This document shows positions 29,387 to 32,000 of a DNA stretch of 32,000 bases, piece by piece. Where the stretch lies: assembly GCA_002794465.1 (NCBI GenBank), contig MTSL01000184.1, positions 16,704 to 48,703 on the forward strand, in the 5' to 3' direction. The translations under genes were made by a program, and so were the position numbers. The notes under the pieces are model-generated. The model was not told the DNA's origin, searched no databases, and saw only the letters and a program-made list of their open reading frames with translations. The DNA is from Paramicrosporidium saccamoebae KSL3 (lineage: Eukaryota; Fungi; Cryptomycota). Numbering within the stretch: position 1 is the stretch's first letter; the number at the start of each line of letters is the position of its first letter.

Positions 29387-29424
29387 AGTCTATGGACTAC
29401 GGCCCGGGGATAAGGAGTCTTTAC
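29387..29424 (+). promoter_or_regulatory. Copy of the dispersed 38-nt element upstream of GET1
   Basis: AGTCTATGGACTACGGCCCGGGGATAAGGAGTCTTTAC, ending 22 nt before ATG 29447. Confidence 0.75.
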
Positions 29425-29446
29425 CACAAACTTGCTACGTGACTGT

Positions 29447-30043
29447 ATGTTGGACGCGTTTTGGATAACCATATTGTGGGCATTGTTGGCGTCTCTATTT
29501 GGAGTGGTGGGGTTCGGTACGTTTGCTGAAAAGGTGTCGGTGTTTAAAGGCTGACCTGTAACCTGTAGATTCTCTCGGCATATGCCTTTGTCTTTCAGCG
29601 CAGCAATTATCAGGCGTTTATGCAGTCATGGCGGGCTCTCCGCGCTGCCCGTCACACCCTCTCTGAGATTAGCGCGCAGGATGAATTTGCGAAATGGGCG
29701 CGTCAACAGCGGACGGTAGACAAGCTGCAAGGCGAGTTTGACCGAATTAGTAAGAGGGGAAGGGGGATAAGGCTCATGTTTAGATGGCGAGAGACAGAGG
29801 AGACTAATGGCAAAGCAATTTGGTTTGGGATTGGGTCTGAGAGTATTGTTCTATGCAATGGTGGCATGGTGGATGATGAGTAAATTAACCGTGTCCATGA
29901 TGACCGTGCCTCTGAACGTGTTTGGCCCAATCACTAACTTTTTGGCACTGCCAAAGCTTGCGTCCGGATATCTGAGCGCACCGGCTCTGTTTACTGTCAG
30001 TTTCCTTGCCTTTAATAATCTTGCCAAAACATTCACCAAATGA
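29447..30043 (+). CDS. GET1: Tail-anchored protein insertase Get1/WRB (175 aa, 2 introns)
   Basis: Exons 29447-29533, 29569-29749 and 29784-30043 (introns 35 and 34 nt). Signature ISAQDEFAKWAR..R.VDKL, followed by TM segments. Confidence 0.9.
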
Positions 30044-30552
30044 CACGTGTATATAAAAAGCATATTCTAGAGCTTGTCGGTAATGATACGTGGTAGCTCA
30101 GCACACGTTTAAGTAGTACTAACCCATCGGAGGCAGAACGAGAGCTGGACGGATCCTGCAAGCGCCATAACGGTCTGTCATGTAGTAGGGATAATACCCA
30201 CAGACTTTGTCAGGCGGGAAGAGGGGGGGGGTTGTTTACTGTTAACCCTAGAATAGTATAGATACACATCTCCCTGTCCTCAAATACCCAGCAAAGCGAT
30301 CCCCTCTAGCACACAAAGATGTCTTCTCCAACCTAGGGGACCATCCTCAAATACCCAACCGATCAATCCTCTACGTCACAGTCTACACGAGACAGAACCG
30401 TGTCACTGCTATACATTGCCCTGGATTAGTAGGGGAAAATGCTGCATATTGTCTTTCATTAACAGCTCACAGTCTATAACAGCATTACATTTGCCGTCCT
30501 CAAACACACCAGGCCAATTTGCCATTTAAAAGTAACTTTTAATACATGAGCC

Positions 30553-31197
30553 TTATTGTAGCAACGTGGCCTTGGTTCTTTGCAATTCTGAGCATTTCTC
30601 TTTTAACAGATCAATCGTCACTACAGCAGCATCTACAATATCTGACTTGCTCCCTGGCACCTGTCCATTTGATTCCGTGAGAATATCTCGCAGTTCGTCA
30701 AAAACCACCCGCAGATGCGATCGGCGTTTTCTCTCAGCCAGCTTGTGCAGGTGCTTCAAGCGGGGGGAGCGCGCATATGGATTCTGTGAACAGTTCTCCT
30801 CCAAAATGGTACTCTGGGAACTGGATGGTGAGAGAGAACTGACCGGCGTTGTAGGGGCGCTTACAATAGGACGCATAGGACGGATGGGCGCTGGTGTTGG
30901 GGGCATTGGCATTTTTAGACGCGGTATATAGACGGGCGTAACATACTTGGTCGGCATGCATGCTCGAGCATCCGGGTAACGCACCATGTACGATTGTCCT
31001 CCCGGCCCCTTTGTAAGGTAGACTTGCGATGCAGGCACTCTGCATGCCGATTTGTTCAACATCATAAGCTCTATTCTGGGCAGCGTCTGAGACTGTGGCA
31101 CCACGTGGTATTGGGCTCTTTGCTGTGAACCAGAAACGGGCGGCATCTCCGGGTTGAGTAGCGACTGTACAGACAACGCTTTGCTTGCAGGACTCAT
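30553..31197 (-). CDS. bHLH-leucine-zipper transcription factor (E-box-binding, Myc/Max/Cbf1-like basic region)
   Basis: HKLAERKRR has the H-x3-E-x3-R pattern for CACGTG binding; SKSDIVDAAV helix 2; C-terminal heptads; Pro-rich middle; N-terminal LSVQSLLN motif. ATG 31197 preferred, ATG 31290 possible. Confidence 0.85.
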   Translation of the reverse strand: MSPASKALSVQSLLNPEMPPVSGSQQRAQYHVVPQSQTLPRIELMMLNKSACRVPASQVYLTKGPGGQSYMVRYPDARACMPTKYVTPVYIPRLKMPMPPTPAPIRPMRPIVSAPTTPVSSLSPSSSQSTILEENCSQNPYARSPRLKHLHKLAERKRRSHLRVVFDELRDILTESNGQVPGSKSDIVDAAVVTIDLLKEKCSELQRTKATLLQ

Positions 31198-31295
31198 GAT
31201 TGTGTGAGTGGCACTGCGACAGCAACCGACCAGGGATTTTTGTGTCTTTATGCGTGGCTGTCTCGCGGCATAGCCCTGCAAAAACTCCATCTCTG

Positions 31296-31365
31296 ATTGG
31301 CTAGCCAGTTTCTACTAGAACGTTAGTATTGGCTGTCCGAGGTGTCTTTAGGGGTCACTCATTGG
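31296..31365 (-). promoter_or_regulatory. Three co-oriented CCAAT boxes (AGCCAAT on the minus strand) at 32/33-nt spacing
   Basis: ATTGGCT at 31296, 31328 and 31361, between the bHLH and RMP1-like starts. Confidence 0.65.
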
Positions 31366-31511
31366 CTAGAGCATTTTGCAGACCTCTGCCCAAATTCCAC
31401 GATGGGTCCGGACAATTGTGAACACTGTCTGTTCGGTTAGAGTAATGTTAATTTGAGCACTGTCTGCTGGCTGGTCGTTGATAAAGCAAGTTTGCCAATC
31501 GACCACGGTCA

Positions 31512-31955
31512 ATGGACTCTCCCCTACTCCTCCGAGAACCACCCATAGTTCCTGCCTTTACATCTCGTCTCTTTCCAAACACCATTGCCCTCTGGAACGA
31601 AAGCAAGCTGCTTGCGCGGCTGCTCTACAAGACAAAAAACCAGCACCGGGCCGGACTGTATTACCACCGCATGCAGCAGGTCATGAGAGTGCTCAAGTGC
31701 ATGGCAAGAGAGGAAGTGTACTTGCAGGCCTGCTGGGAGACGGGCGCAGAGTATTCGGTTAACGGCATGGAGTTGCTTTGTGCAAAGCTGAAGAGGGATT
31801 GCGGAAAGGCATACATACTTTTGGAGCATGTCTATAGCGAAGCCTACTTTGTACCACTTGCCGTAACGGGCATGGCCATGCTAGCCCGTCTGCACGCCTG
31901 TGCTCTCCTAGTGGAGAGTGACTTGGATAAAACTGTCACCAGGATAGAAATATAG
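31512..31955 (+). CDS. RNase MRP protein Rmp1 / NEPRO N-terminal (DUF4477)-like protein, 147 aa
   Basis: ESKLLARLLYKTKNQHRAGLYYHRMQQVMR matches the E..LL.RL.YKN.NQHR motif; C-terminal FVPLAVTGMAMLARL. Confidence 0.7.
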   Translation: MDSPLLLREPPIVPAFTSRLFPNTIALWNESKLLARLLYKTKNQHRAGLYYHRMQQVMRVLKCMAREEVYLQACWETGAEYSVNGMELLCAKLKRDCGKAYILLEHVYSEAYFVPLAVTGMAMLARLHACALLVESDLDKTVTRIEI

Positions 31956-32000
31956 AATTGTATATTGTGCAATAGTATCATATGTTTGGGAGGGGGGGGG

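Noticed and set aside
29198-29413. 71-aa ORF between SKP1 and GET1
   Set aside because: No recognisable motif, and it runs into the 38-nt element; likely spurious.
30100-30168. tRNA-like sequence (TAGCTCAG A-box-like motif and a ...GCGCCA end)
   Set aside because: No GTTCRANNC B-box/T-loop and no cloverleaf pairing.
229-31955. Numerous short antisense or alternate-frame ORFs in the track (e.g. 686-1006, 2542-3000, 8598-9086, 16343-16966, 22304-22768, 30734-31225)
   Set aside because: They overlap well-supported conserved genes and show no domain signatures; typical shadow ORFs at about 50% GC.
1-32000. Mobile element, viral insert or rRNA
   Set aside because: No transposase, RT, integrase or capsid motifs, no terminal repeats and no rRNA signature seen.

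Overview
Gene-dense eukaryotic nuclear DNA, not prokaryotic. About 20 protein-coding genes are packed with tiny spacers. I reconstructed 17 spliceosomal introns by hand (29-39 nt apart from one ambiguous 32/47-nt case, all ending in TAG). Most genes are housekeeping: lipase 3' end, rhodanese, GND1, DDI1, a divergent septin, SEC18/NSF, LOG, ESF1, TMEM242/Aim11-like, GBF1/GEA Sec7 ARF-GEF, PSD2, MscS channel, MCM6, IMA1/TMEM201, SDH2, SKP1, GET1, a bHLH-ZIP factor and an RMP1/NEPRO-like protein. Extreme compaction, micro-introns, fungal-type proteins and a retained respiratory mitochondrion (SDH2, TMEM242-like) suggest an early-branching fungal endoparasite of the Rozellomycota / basal-microsporidia grade (inference, not an identification). 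No rRNA, tRNA, transposase or CRISPR array is supported. The best candidates for undescribed biology are: (1) a tandem pair of orphan secreted proteins sharing four Cys, an intron position and an 18-nt upstream motif; (2) a bare protein kinase domain behind a signal peptide, a possible host-directed effector kinase; (3) a dispersed 38-nt element, near-identical about 29 kb apart, lying 21-28 nt upstream of three unrelated start codons. Secondary oddities are a DCG active site in Ddi1, a degenerate septin with a probable GC-AG intron, head-to-head genes only 15 and 27 nt apart, and a triple CCAAT array.
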